DNA from: Flectonema sp. DT1601
Taxonomy: Eukaryota
Length of the DNA: 64,000 nucleotides
Direction of reading: 5' to 3'
NCBI GenBank assembly: GCA_964019425.1
Contig: OZ025782.1
Coordinates: forward strand, 682,001-746,000
Part shown: in pieces, positions 38,456 through 49,923 of the stretch
Layout of the letters: each line of letters begins with the position of its first letter
How positions within the stretch are numbered: position 1 is the stretch's first letter
Program-made: the position numbers and the translations under genes
The notes under the pieces: generated by a model
Seen by the model: only the letters and a program-made list of their open reading frames with translations
Databases searched by the model: none
Told to the model about the DNA's origin: nothing

Positions 38456-38986
38456 ATGGGGCAACAAGCCTGCACCTTGTGCGGCCACCTCAGAAACAAT
38501 CGCATTGCTGAACTTATTGAAGAGAGAGAAGTGATGCAAATTTATATCCTTGAGCTTGAGCAAGAGGTTAAAGACTTAGGACGAAAATTAGAATATGCAA
38601 TACTTGACAAGGAGGATGAAGATTATAAGTGGGAAACAACAAAGGAAGAGTTGGAAATGGTCAGGGCTGAAATTACTAACTTGAGAGAAGAATCACAATC
38701 GTGGTCTCCTTTCGAAAGGGTCAGTGGTATGTTCCCATCTCAGCCTGTTACTCCGCTGAGTTTATCGATGACTGCGGAGTCTATTCATGCTCCTGTTGTA
38801 TTTGAAGATGACTCTTCTGGTCAACCACCCAGTTATGATAATCTGCTTGATATTGATCCTAACGCTTCTGAGTTCTTAGAACGCGCACTTCGCAATGCAG
38901 AATCACAAATTGAGTCATCTCATCAAACCCGCCAGGCGTTCTCACCAAGAAATCAAGACTTAGATATACTTGAAATCCTACCTTAG
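38456..38986 (+). CDS. Small coiled-coil protein with possible N-myristoylation/palmitoylation (MGQQAC)
   Basis: 176-aa ORF with heptads; acceptor AACAG ends at 38439. Confidence 0.75.
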   Translation: MGQQACTLCGHLRNNRIAELIEEREVMQIYILELEQEVKDLGRKLEYAILDKEDEDYKWETTKEELEMVRAEITNLREESQSWSPFERVSGMFPSQPVTPLSLSMTAESIHAPVVFEDDSSGQPPSYDNLLDIDPNASEFLERALRNAESQIESSHQTRQAFSPRNQDLDILEILP

Positions 38987-39000
38987 AACTCTTGCCCTGT

Positions 39001-39044
39001 CAACATTGGAAAAGATACTTTTCAACATTGGAAAAGATACTTTT
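39001..39044. repeat. 22-bp tandem duplication CAACATTGGAAAAGATACTTTT x2
   Basis: Seen directly, just after the stop of the 38456 gene. Confidence 0.85.
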
Positions 39045-39367
39045 ATCTCTTACTTAGTACGTAGCGACTATCAATTTATGCTTTCTATTAGTATTGGCTC
39101 TACAGAGACCTTTCGATATATTTGAGTAAAGTTTACGTGTTGTTTCTAACTTATGATTAGTTGGATTTTACTCACTCCCATTCCCCAGAGAGTTACTTCA
39201 GTGACCTCTGGATATATTTACACCCGTCATGTTCGGTGTCTTTGTGTTGATGATGGAAAGACTCGGACTGTGATTGCCTTCACAGGACTCTCCTTCCGAA
39301 TCTTTATTTGAGAAGACTAGAAGTTGACAGCTCAATTCTATTATTTAAACAGTTTACTTTTCAAAAG

Positions 39368-40846
39368 ATGTTACGAACTCTAATCACATTCCTGTTGGTG
39401 GTTGCCACAGCGTCAAGTGACAACAGGCCACATATTCTCTACATGGTAATCGATGACGTGGGTTGGGCTGACGTCGGGTTCCACGGAAGTGACTTCCCGA
39501 CACCTGTGATTGACAGGCTGGTAGACAGCGGGGTTGAGATGTCGAGATTCTACGTGCAGCCCGTGTGCTCACCTACGAGGTCATCCATGATGACGGGGAG
39601 GTATGCATTCAATATGGGAATGCAACATGTGACTACAATAAAGCCTGGATCGAAGGCTCATATGCCAACAGACGTGAAGACAGTTGCGGATATTCTGAAG
39701 GAAAACGGCTACGACACCCACATGATTGGAAAGTGGCACTTGGGATACGCATCGTGGAACTACACTCCAACAAGTAGAGGATTTGATACCCACACTGGGT
39801 ACATGGGAGGAATGATCGACTACTACACCAGAAACATGACATTGGACTACGCAAATGGATACGACTTCTGGAAAGGTCATCAAGTGAATACTCTTCGCAA
39901 TGGTTCCTACACGATGATCGATTACCTGACTGATGCTGATGCTGTTCTGACGGAGTCTGCTTCTTCGGGAAATCCGACCTTCATGTACTTCGCACACCAA
40001 AACATCCACGTTCCGCTCGACTACCCTCCAACTAGAAGCTCTGTCTGCAGGGATATCCTTCCAACTAGACGGGCAATCCTTTGTGATATGATGTCGGCGT
40101 TGGACACAGCGATTGGTGACCTGATCGACACGTACAAGAGGCTTGGGATGTGGAACAACACTATCCTTGTGACTGCTACAGATAACGGTGGGATGACATA
40201 CTACGAGGAACAGGGTCTGAGTTCGGCATCCAGTAACTGGCCTCTTCGTGGTGGGAAGACAACTCTGTTTGAAGGTGGTGTCCGTGGGGTTTGCTTCATC
40301 AATGGAGGTAGTGATGCCTTCCCTTCTCACTTGAAGGGTCACAAGTATGAAGGACTGTCTCATGTGACTGATCTTGTTCCTACTATCTTATCAGCAGCAG
40401 GGATGGATATGTTAGTTCGAGAACATAAGTTCGACGGTGTCAGCCAGTGGGACTCAATCACCAACGGCAAGAGCAGCCCTCGTTCTGAGATTCCAATTAA
40501 CATCATTTGGGGAGGTCGAAACTTCACCTCAATTATCTCAAATGATATGAAACTGATTGTCGGATTATTTGACGGAGTTTATGATGGATATTGGACTATT
40601 AGTCCTTACAAGAGACTTCCTCCTCCTCATGATGTTCATCACTTTACTCGTCTTTTCAACTTGACTGAAGACCCATTGGAGCAGAACAATATCGTTGAGC
40701 GATTCCCTGATATTGTGAGAAATCTCAGAGAGAGAATCTCGTTTTATGTTAACGGAAGCAGCTACTCAGAGCCACAACCGAATGATGTCGACCCAGCTTC
40801 GTTGCCAAGACTTCACAACGGTGTTTGGGCACCGTTTCTAAATTAA
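39368..40846 (+). CDS. Secreted/lysosomal formylglycine-dependent sulfatase (S1 family, arylsulfatase B/I/J-like)
   Basis: Signal peptide MLRTLITFLLVVATASS; PHILYMVIDDVGWAD, CSPTR (CxPxR), GYDTHMIGKWHLG, RGFD, TDNGG, LRGGKTTLFEGGVR, LFNLTEDPLEQNN. Confidence 0.95.
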   Translation: MLRTLITFLLVVATASSDNRPHILYMVIDDVGWADVGFHGSDFPTPVIDRLVDSGVEMSRFYVQPVCSPTRSSMMTGRYAFNMGMQHVTTIKPGSKAHMPTDVKTVADILKENGYDTHMIGKWHLGYASWNYTPTSRGFDTHTGYMGGMIDYYTRNMTLDYANGYDFWKGHQVNTLRNGSYTMIDYLTDADAVLTESASSGNPTFMYFAHQNIHVPLDYPPTRSSVCRDILPTRRAILCDMMSALDTAIGDLIDTYKRLGMWNNTILVTATDNGGMTYYEEQGLSSASSNWPLRGGKTTLFEGGVRGVCFINGGSDAFPSHLKGHKYEGLSHVTDLVPTILSAAGMDMLVREHKFDGVSQWDSITNGKSSPRSEIPINIIWGGRNFTSIISNDMKLIVGLFDGVYDGYWTISPYKRLPPPHDVHHFTRLFNLTEDPLEQNNIVERFPDIVRNLRERISFYVNGSSYSEPQPNDVDPASLPRLHNGVWAPFLN

Positions 40847-41903
40847 ATTAGTATGGTGATCTTCGACTGAAGAAATCAACTTTGACAATAATTATTTGTG
40901 TTCACTTTTATAAACGTCGATTATTGTTAGTTTTTATTTCTGAATAAAAAGCTTAATAATGATCCCAACGGCTGTCCCAACGGCTTCTAAACTTTCAGTA
41001 TTTCCCGTTAAAATTTTTATGTGAATCGTGGAGTACCAATAAAGCTATCACACGATTCAAATCTTTGATAAAATAAAATTCACATACGGGTTACTTCCTT
41101 CCTGATGGTTTAGTTTATTAATTTCTTTTTCCCCGTCACCTTTTTTTTCATATTTTTTTTTTCCATCACGTCTTTCCTCCACTAAGAAATAATCAACGTT
41201 AGATAGAAAAGTTTTTATTTGTTTTGTGAAATTTTTATAACTCTCTTGAAATCCACATGTTAAGAGAAAATGTGAAATCTATCTGACTGCGATGATGTTA
41301 GTCGTCTTAATATGAGAAAGCTTAAGGAGAAGATAACCCTCCATTTTCCTGTTTTTTTTAGATACCTCTCCTTTTTATATTTACGATAATACAATCTGTT
41401 AGCCTCTGGGCAAGGTGGAGGCTGGAAGTCGATCACTTCCAGCCAATACTATGAAACTACAATCTTCGCGATTGGGTCCTTACTGATGCGGGCTACCCAG
41501 ACCCCTCGTAGTCATCAGTTTGTATTTTGATAACTAAACTAAACTAATATGATCGTCGTATACTTCTATTCCAAAACCCCACCAATACTGTGTTTCTCTC
41601 TATGACTTTTATACTACTCCAGGTAGTTCCTTGGCCCTATCGAGCAGCAGCTCTTTCTTACTCATTGCGTGTAAATTAGGCCTTACCTAACTTTATTTTG
41701 ATACAACAAATAATTTCCATGGCTTTGTTGATGATTTTATTGTGTGTTTTTTTTTTTTTTTCTATTAAAACAGGTATAAGAATATAACGTTTTTGAAAAC
41801 TGTCTTTGCTGTTTGTTTTTGAGTAGCAGTTGGGGGGTGTTTTATTGTAAAACTATCATTTTTCTCTCAACAGAAATATAAATTCAAGAGAGGAACTCTC
41901 TTT

Positions 41904-43853
41904 ATGAAATATTTAATTGTTTTAGTGTTGATTGTGACAGTCTGCTGGGCAGATGAAATCGACTCAAAGTTGTCGGCACCACTGCCACAGTCACCGAGGT
42001 ATGGAGACAACGATTTTTCAACGAAGAATCTAATAGTTGGCCCCACTAAGATGAATAAGCATTACAAGAAGTGCAATCACGGTGAAACCTGTCCGTACCA
42101 AAGATCATGTGCAAAAGACTACAAATACAAAGACGATGGTGAAATTCAAAAAGTTTGCCTTCACAAGACTCTCTTTCCAAACTTTTCTACGAGAGATGGC
42201 ATTGCGATAGGATGCATCTTCTTTGGTACGATGTTGGCTGCTTCAGCTGGTATTGGCGGTGGTGGTCTTAATACTCCTGTATATATTCTTGTAGTAGGTT
42301 TTATTATTCAAGAAGCAATCCCATTATCTCACGTTACTGTTTTTGGAAACGCTGTTGCTCAACTTATTATCAATTACCCTCAGCGTCATCCGTTTGTTCA
42401 ACAGCCAGGAAAGCCTCTGATTGACTACGCGGTTCCTCTTATACTTTTACCTCCTCAGTTGGGAGGTAACAATTTGGGAGTGTTATTAAACCCTGTAATC
42501 CCGCCTAATATTTTGTATATTTTGGCTGAAATTCTTTTGTTATACGCAACCTTCAGAGTATTTCAAAAAGGTATTGCCATGTACAAAGCAGAAGCAGAGG
42601 CTGCTGAAGAAAAGAGTAACGATGTTGAATCTGAAAGATCGGTAGCTACAGAACACAGTGATGCTTATGGTGGTCTTTATGATCCAAAGGAAGATGCTCA
42701 CGTTAATGCAATTGAACAGCCTCTCCGACCTCTTGATGATGAGAAGGCTACAGCGATTCTTCTTCGAGAGTCAAAGATCCCTATGAACTACTTCTGGTTG
42801 ATGTTCGCATTTTGGGTTCTATTCGCTGGAGCGTATGTTGTTATGAAAGTGTCGGGTACTTGTTCAACTGCTTATTGGATCACATTAGGTCTCATGTACC
42901 CAGTATTACTTATATTCTTGTATGTTGGTGCTAAGTGGTTAGCAAGAGACAAAGCTGCACGTGAAGAAGCAGGACTCTCTCCGATTGAGGGTGACATTGT
43001 TTGGACACCAAAGAAGTTGATTATCGCTCCAATTGCTTCGTGTGGAGTTGGTCTTGTTGCAGGTCTTCTTGGTCTTGGTGGAGGTGAACTGATGGCACCT
43101 CTGCTTCTCGAGTTAGGAATGCTTCCAAAAGCAGCATCTGCAACTTCTGCTTACATGATCATTTGGACAACATCTTCAAATATTATTCACTACGCTGTTG
43201 GTAATGATCTTCCAAGTGGATATGCAACCTTATTCTGCTGTGTTGGTTTTGTTGGTGGTATTCTTGGGAGGTATCTCGCTATTAAGTTTGTCTCCAAGTA
43301 TGTAATCTTTATGTTATTATTATTATTATTATTTATTTTTCATTTCCAAAGTCAAGGAAGTAGAAATCCTTCATCGATCAACCGAAGGAGCGTCTCTGTC
43401 TTAACCTAAAACATCTTCACGCTCGGATCCTTGCTATCTTCCATACTTGATCTTCAAAGCTAAGAGAATCATCAATGATGACACACTTTGCGCTTCTTAC
43501 ATGCCTCTGCAGAATAGCAGCTTTGAGCATAAATTCCTTATCACGCGATTCAGTCAGCCGTATAAATATCAGACCTGGTGAGATCCCTATCTATCTCCAG
43601 AGGTAACTGCGAACTCTAAAAAGCGTGGTACCGAAGGAAAGTATCTGTTATGAACACTGACACACCTCAGCTTTGCTCTAAAAAAAAAAAATGAATAAAT
43701 AAATAAATAAAAAAACCCACAAACAGATACAATCGTCAATCGTTCATTGCTCTCTCTCTCGGACTGGTTTTGGCCATTTCGATGATCCTTTTTGCATACC
43801 GTGCGGCAACAACCTCACAGGATCACCCTTGGAAACCAGCTAGTTTGTGCTAA
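41904..43853 (+). CDS. TauE/SafE (sulfite exporter / 4-toluenesulfonate uptake permease) family membrane protein; 2 exons
   Basis: LAASAGIGGGG...P, RHP....PLIDY, VAGLLGLGGG...PLLLELGMLP..ASATS. Intron 43298-43726; last exon 43727-43853 (YNRQSFIALSLGLVLAISMILFAY...SLC*) supplies the final TM helix. Confidence 0.9.
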
Positions 43854-45934
43854 GTTTTGTAGACGTTTTTTTTTTTTTTTTTTTTTTTTTTGACCTTTTA
43901 TTTATTCAAACGTTTTATATACTTTCGTGTGTGTGTATTAGGAGTTTGTAGCAGTAGCTACAGCACGGGTTATCTGGTGTACGAATTACTTTTGTCTCTC
44001 TCTCTCAGTCTCAACCGAGACACCTCAGGCGCTTTGTACAAAAATAAAAGTCAAATTCAGGACGTTTAATTGTCATGTAGTTTGCCCAAAGTGTTTGTTT
44101 TCATCTTTTTTACTATTTATGATGTGCTTCAAAATGCATGTCTGCATACTTTATATGTTCTGATTTTTGCGTGTCCCTGCCTCTTTTTTTTTCCCCCTCG
44201 AAAACTCAAAAAAAACGTATCAAGTATCCTTCATTTAACTGAGCTTTCTTTTGGATGATTAAAATAAGGTAGGCTACCTGTGATCAACGAAAAAAGGAAA
44301 AGAAAAAAAACATACATACATAACACTGATCTTTTAAAGGGAGTGCCTGCTGAAAAAAAAAAAAAAAAAAACACCTACTTGGTGCAAACAAACAGCCTTA
44401 TTTTAATTATTCTTCGTTGTAATTTCGGGTAACTTGATTCGAAAAAAAAAAAAAAAAAAAGCCTTTGACAGTCTCTGATAGTTTTAAATAATTATGTTAC
44501 TGTACCCTTATTAAGAAGAACAAAGTAAAGAGAAATTTAAACAAAAAAAAAAAAAAAAAAAATCATCCTAAAATGATGATCGTTTTGGTTTCTATATTTG
44601 AATGATAAATGCTGTGGGCTTGTCTTGTAAATAATCTTCTTATTACCCAGTTATCATACTGGATGTAAAACATTATATTATTTAATTAGTTGAAAAGGAG
44701 CCAAGCAAAATTGAAGAAGGTATCTTGTTCTTATCTTCAGGGAGAGTTCCTTGCAGAATAACTAATTAATGAAGTGAACCCCTCTGATCTTTGTCTCTCT
44801 TTGATTGGGTTACTGGTCTCAAACTCTTTTCTCTTTTGGTTAAGGTTGCAACATTGTAAGGTGTTCATTAACTGAGAGTTGTCGGTAGTAATTCGTTTTT
44901 TTATTTTTCTCTATAAATTGTTGGATATCACTGTAAAAAAAAAAAGGGGGGGGGGACATCTTTTTCTCCCTTTTTTTTTTCTTCTCAATTTATACTTCAC
45001 ACACTTATAAAAACTGGTTAATGAGGGAGGATTACATTTTGCTTGACTCAAGTTGTTTACTCCTTTCTGGATGATATGTTTTTACTATTACTCTTGTGAA
45101 GACGATTTCGTAGTATCACTCGTTGTGTCGAAAGGAACTGTTTCCATCATTTGGATTCCCCAGCTCAACTATTATGTTGTCTGACTTTTTATGCTCTCTC
45201 AAATTTGTTGCGGTGAGAGAAAACCCACTTTTCTTGTCACACAGATCAACGTTGCTCTCGCCTTTTATCGTCTTTCCTTTAGACAACAGTTGACACAGAT
45301 TTATCTCAAGTCTCTTCTTCTTAATGTGGTTTATATTGCGTGTACAACAATAAACCGTAAAAACAATGGAGAAGTTATCTCTGGAGATTTTGTGTGATTT
45401 TTGCACAACCTTGAACGGAAAAAAAAAAAAAAAAAAAAAAGTTCACAGAACTAACTTTTCGTGCACCACGAGTCGTTTTGAAGGATCACACCTGTAGTTT
45501 TCAAAGATACTCCTGAGCTTTCCTGGAGTGGAACTTATTTAGCTGAATGGAAAAGTACCTTTTGTACAACAAAAAATAAATTAGAAAACTCGCTTCTTGG
45601 TTCAGAGAGTGCGAGAGTGCGTGTATTTCCCTCTTATTACTTGTTGGATAACAACAGTGGCCTCCGAGCAAAAAAAAAAGAATAAAAAAAAAATAAAAGA
45701 AAAATAATAAAAATCTTTCATTTTATTATTGCTGCACATTTTAAGATCTCATTTTCGACTACTGAGATTTTTTCAATTCCTTTCAAAGATTTCGGATGTT
45801 GCTCGCATTGCCTTCGACCTTTACCAGGAGATACTAAACCTACTCTGCATAACAATAAAAAAGACCTTCGACCAGTGGTTTAAAGAGGTATTGATTTTAC
45901 TTCGGTAGTTGTGAGCACTTTGAATTATCAAAGG

Positions 45935-45976
<42 letters not shown>

Positions 45977-46177
45977 TCTCATACAAAACGTTTTGAATCA
46001 CCACTGAATCACATTAGTTATTATTTTTATTCATCGGGAAAAAAAAAAAAAAAAAAAAAAAACACATGAATTACAAACTTATTCTTTCTACAGTATGTTG
46101 TATATTAAAAATAAGTATAAAATAGCTGCTATTGAGAGTCTGATTAATATTTTTATTACTCTGCAGTCTACCAACTG

Positions 46178-47179
46178 ATGGATGTTGGAGATCGTGTTTC
46201 AATAAGCGGATTAGATTCCGAAAGTCTGAATGGACTCTGCGGTGTGATAACTGGCGAACAAGGAGACAGATTCATAGTATCAATACGAGACGTTGGAGAT
46301 AAAGCTCTGAAGGAAGAAAATTTATCACCAGTACCTGAAGAAGACAATACCGAAGACAGTCATATTTCGAAGAGGTCGAGAACAACATACGTGATACTAA
46401 TATTGTTCTGTATTGTTGGAGTGTTATTTCATAAAGCTACCACCACGCGAAAAATTGAAAAACAATTCCGACAGCTCCAGGCTAGCGAACTCGCCCACGA
46501 GAAGGAAATCGCAACAATATTACACAAAGACATTACTCCCCCACCTACGAAAGCACCACTAACAGACAGTGATGTTGTAAGGGTTATATTTAGGAAAGTT
46601 GCAAAGTCAGTTGGAAAGCAAATGTTCAAAGGAGGTACTTTCGTATGCGCAAGACTGTCAACAGCTAAAATGCTGAGAGGAGCAGTCGATAGCGGAAACG
46701 TTACCTGGGTAACTTTTGGAGGAGATATCCCTCAGTCAGAATTTATGGTTCGTTGTATTCAAAAAGTAGTAAAAAGAACTTCTCAGATAGCTGAAGAAGA
46801 AAACGCTATTGGAAATATCTTCACGGTTATGGATAAAGACCCTGAGGCGAACATTGAAACCTTTGATGAACGTAGATACTATCGTGATGCTATGAAATGG
46901 GTTTATCAAAAATCAAAGTCACCTCCTCCTCTATGTGGTGTCACATTCGGTAATTATCTTCATGAACTTCCTTACGAAGAATCACTAATGGTAACAAACA
47001 CACAGGGTAGTTGTAGAGAGATTGAGGAACTTGTTTGCAAAAGTTCTAAAAGGGTAGTCCAGTTCGGAGGATTACGCGACAACTCCACCACTAGTAACGA
47101 CAGTGAACTATACCAAACTTGTTTTGATATTATTGATAAGATGAAGAAGAAGAATTTAGCATCCACTAACACCAAATAA
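46178..47179 (+). CDS. Type II membrane protein with an N-terminal SH3/KOW-like barrel; function unknown
   Basis: VGDRVSISGL...LNGLCGVITG...RFIV...KALKEENL, then TM YVILILFCIVGVLF. Confidence 0.8.
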   Translation: MDVGDRVSISGLDSESLNGLCGVITGEQGDRFIVSIRDVGDKALKEENLSPVPEEDNTEDSHISKRSRTTYVILILFCIVGVLFHKATTTRKIEKQFRQLQASELAHEKEIATILHKDITPPPTKAPLTDSDVVRVIFRKVAKSVGKQMFKGGTFVCARLSTAKMLRGAVDSGNVTWVTFGGDIPQSEFMVRCIQKVVKRTSQIAEEENAIGNIFTVMDKDPEANIETFDERRYYRDAMKWVYQKSKSPPPLCGVTFGNYLHELPYEESLMVTNTQGSCREIEELVCKSSKRVVQFGGLRDNSTTSNDSELYQTCFDIIDKMKKKNLASTNTK

Positions 47180-47442
47180 AACATGTTTTTTTAAAAAAAA
47201 AAAAAAAAAAAAACACACTTCCTCCGTTATTTTATGTTCGAACGAGTTCATTTTGCGATTGCCATCACTTTACCTGGATAGGTTTAAGTGCAGAGAGATA
47301 TAATATACACTGCAGCACCTTATTAGGAGATTTGTTATTTTTTTTTTTTTTTTTTTAATTCCCCCCTTTTGGTATTTAGAATGATAATGGTTAGTTATGA
47401 GTTGTAAGTTTATGTTTTCAACAGTTGGGAGTGATAGTGAAC

Positions 47443-48510
47443 ATGTCTGATGATGAGTTCGAATATAATGATATTTATGGAGGATGGGATCAGGGAGATC
47501 ATCTAACAGAAACTGACAACACAACAGAAAAAAGAAAACAATCAGCATCTGATGAACAAGATATAAAAAGACCCCAACCAGAAACTGCATCAGACAAAAT
47601 ACCATCGGAAGATACTTTTAATTTTAACATTCCTCCAGAATTACTAAAGCGACCTGATGATCTTAAAAAGTCAATCAGTCCTACGAACGATAAAAGTATC
47701 CAAAAACCCTCTCTACAAGAAGATGTTTTCGAGGAAGGTGTTCTTGGTGTTGACGACGACGTTGATTCTCAACTTCAGTTAAAAGAAAAGCTTAATGAAG
47801 ACGACCAATCTGAATCAAAAACTAACATCAAAGAAAAAGACAACTCAGAACCAGAACCAGAACCAATTCTAAAGAACAGACCAGTTGTCACGATGATAAA
47901 AGCAAAGTTCCACTTGGGTTCCATTGTTGACACCGAAAGACTAATTAAATGGTTGTGGAATGCAGTACTCGTACCAGTCGGAAGAAAATTAGAAATATGT
48001 GACTCTCACGGAAATATGTATGAAATGTATCCATCTGGAAAAGTAACTGCCAGTACCACCAGACTAACTCAAAATAGAAGTGAAGTACAATTACGAAAGC
48101 ATTGTAGATTTCTTGCTAGGACAGTCCAACGAGCGATTCAGAAAGATTTAGTTTTTGCTGGAGATGCTGGTGCAGGTCTTCCTAATCCCAATTCAATAAA
48201 GTTCCTGGGATACAAAATCTTCAATCTGTTTGCGTCGTGGAAACTTTCATTCCAAGTTGATCTGGTAGAAGCTCAGAAACTTATAAACACACCTCGACTA
48301 TCAAACAGAGGATTCAGTTCGATGCTGGCAGAGGACGGAATTTCTTTAATGATCACACTTCGAGATCCATTACCTCGTATGTCTGTGAGGGTACAACCGT
48401 CTGGTTTGATTTCATTTCACGGAGCTCTGAATGAACAATCAATTCATTTGGTAGCTGAAGTACTTCTTGAAGAAGTATTAAGAAAACAACAACTCCTTGA
48501 TGAAAACTAA
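47443..48510 (+). CDS. Divergent TATA-binding-protein-like factor with an acidic N-terminal extension
   Basis: Two TBP half-repeats: PVVTMIKAKFHLGSIVDTERL...MYPSGKVTAS and YKIFNLFASWKLSFQVDL...LMITLRDP..SVRVQPSGLISFHGA; ATG follows acceptor AACAG (47424). Confidence 0.7.
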   Translation: MSDDEFEYNDIYGGWDQGDHLTETDNTTEKRKQSASDEQDIKRPQPETASDKIPSEDTFNFNIPPELLKRPDDLKKSISPTNDKSIQKPSLQEDVFEEGVLGVDDDVDSQLQLKEKLNEDDQSESKTNIKEKDNSEPEPEPILKNRPVVTMIKAKFHLGSIVDTERLIKWLWNAVLVPVGRKLEICDSHGNMYEMYPSGKVTASTTRLTQNRSEVQLRKHCRFLARTVQRAIQKDLVFAGDAGAGLPNPNSIKFLGYKIFNLFASWKLSFQVDLVEAQKLINTPRLSNRGFSSMLAEDGISLMITLRDPLPRMSVRVQPSGLISFHGALNEQSIHLVAEVLLEEVLRKQQLLDEN

Positions 48511-48786
48511 CAAATTATTTAGATAATTACTTTTTAATACCATTCTGTCCGTTCTTGTTTGTCTGCAGTCTACGATACTTTAACTTACCAAATGTTAATA
48601 AGCATTCATAAGTAAAGACATGTTATTTGCTTTGTGTTTGTCAATTTTTTTCATCTCACACAATTGTCAGTTTACACCCCTCCAGGCAGCTAAGTTAAAA
48701 CATTAATTATAATGTATTGTAACTAACGGATATTATTTTTTCTTGAATATTCTCAAAACATTCAACCCCTCCAGTCAGAATCTAAA

Positions 48787-49923
48787 ATGGTCTCACGTGC
48801 AGCTCAACGATTCACAAGACTGTTCCCGACAGCCTCGAGAAAGAAATTATCATTCGGAGAAATAGATATCCCTTTTAGAGTCGAGGGTAGTAATTTAACC
48901 ATATTGGGATATGGAAATATCGCTGCTGTGAAGAAGCAGTTTAGACTAGAAGGACAGGCTTTGTTTCCGATTCCTGTAAACACAAGAGCTGTAGAGAGTG
49001 AGGAAGACACGGATATTATTTGGGGTGACCTAACTCCTGTTGTCATATCAACATCATCTTACACAGGAAGTAGTATTGAGCCTGAAGGTTATGATGAGGT
49101 GCAGGTTCAGATTCTAACGACGTATTCCAGGATGGATGAGAACTACCAAAAGGATCCTTTTCTTATTCCGTTCTTAATAGAAAATAGTATGTCAACAAGA
49201 GCTTATCCACTACTGACTATTACGAATTCAGAAAAGGTATCAGCAATGCAGCGTGAGGTGTATCACATCCCGTCTTACTACGATCCTAACTTATCCGTAT
49301 CAAAGGACACAAATAACAGAGTAACTGGAGCTACAAGTGAAACAGCCATCCCACAACTAAATCATCTCATGGGAGACAGTTTGAATATTTCTGTTGAGGC
49401 AAAGAGACAAACTCCAAAAGAATTTATTTATAAATGGGGTCATATCAAAAAACGAATTGGTATTGACAGGATTATACACAACATGTTGGAATCAAGACGT
49501 CAATATGTCTGGACTGTTCCACATGGAAGAGGTACTGTAACTGGAAGAGCAATTAATGATGTTTTTGGAACTAAAAGTGTTCCGGGAGTGGTGTCTGGAA
49601 TGGATCTCTCAGAGAATGCAGCCAAGTGTGGTGCCGACTATAAGATGGTTTTCTCAAATGAAAAAAGCTTCATTCGATTCTGGAACCCAAGCGGTTCAGC
49701 ATCCCTCGGTCCAGATCTCTGTTTCAGTCCTGAAATTTCCATTCAAACCGAAGGCATATGTGGAGTCCAATTCATGCCACAGACACCTGTTCTTCCTTTA
49801 CATCATTCTGATCAAAAACGTGGAGAGCTTAAGCAGCTTGCTATCGAGTGCAAAGAAGTTTACGATAAGAGAATGCTTGAAGAGCCTCGTATGTTATATT
49901 CTAGTTTTTATGTTTCTACGTAA
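48787..49923 (+). CDS. Hypothetical protein, possibly acetoacetate-decarboxylase-like fold, with a mitochondrial-type presequence
   Basis: MVSRAAQRFTRLF presequence; SYTGSSI...YDEVQV and MQREVYHIP recall ADC 'Y.E' and 'GRE.WG.PK' motifs (weak). Confidence refers to the gene, not the fold. Confidence 0.7.
   Translation: MVSRAAQRFTRLFPTASRKKLSFGEIDIPFRVEGSNLTILGYGNIAAVKKQFRLEGQALFPIPVNTRAVESEEDTDIIWGDLTPVVISTSSYTGSSIEPEGYDEVQVQILTTYSRMDENYQKDPFLIPFLIENSMSTRAYPLLTITNSEKVSAMQREVYHIPSYYDPNLSVSKDTNNRVTGATSETAIPQLNHLMGDSLNISVEAKRQTPKEFIYKWGHIKKRIGIDRIIHNMLESRRQYVWTVPHGRGTVTGRAINDVFGTKSVPGVVSGMDLSENAAKCGADYKMVFSNEKSFIRFWNPSGSASLGPDLCFSPEISIQTEGICGVQFMPQTPVLPLHHSDQKRGELKQLAIECKEVYDKRMLEEPRMLYSSFYVST

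Noticed and set aside
39581..40363. 260-aa antisense ORF over the sulfatase
   Set aside because: Explained by the GC-richer codon usage of the sense gene; no recognisable motif.
41452..41520. Hammerhead ribozyme (GAAAC and CTGATG present)
   Set aside because: The core reads CTGATGC rather than CTGANGA, and the three stems cannot be closed correctly.
47404..47424. 19-21-nt GT-AG 'tiny introns' before ATGs (also 51962-51980)
   Set aside because: All supported introns here are much longer; probably chance GT inside acceptor tracts, and untestable without RNA data.
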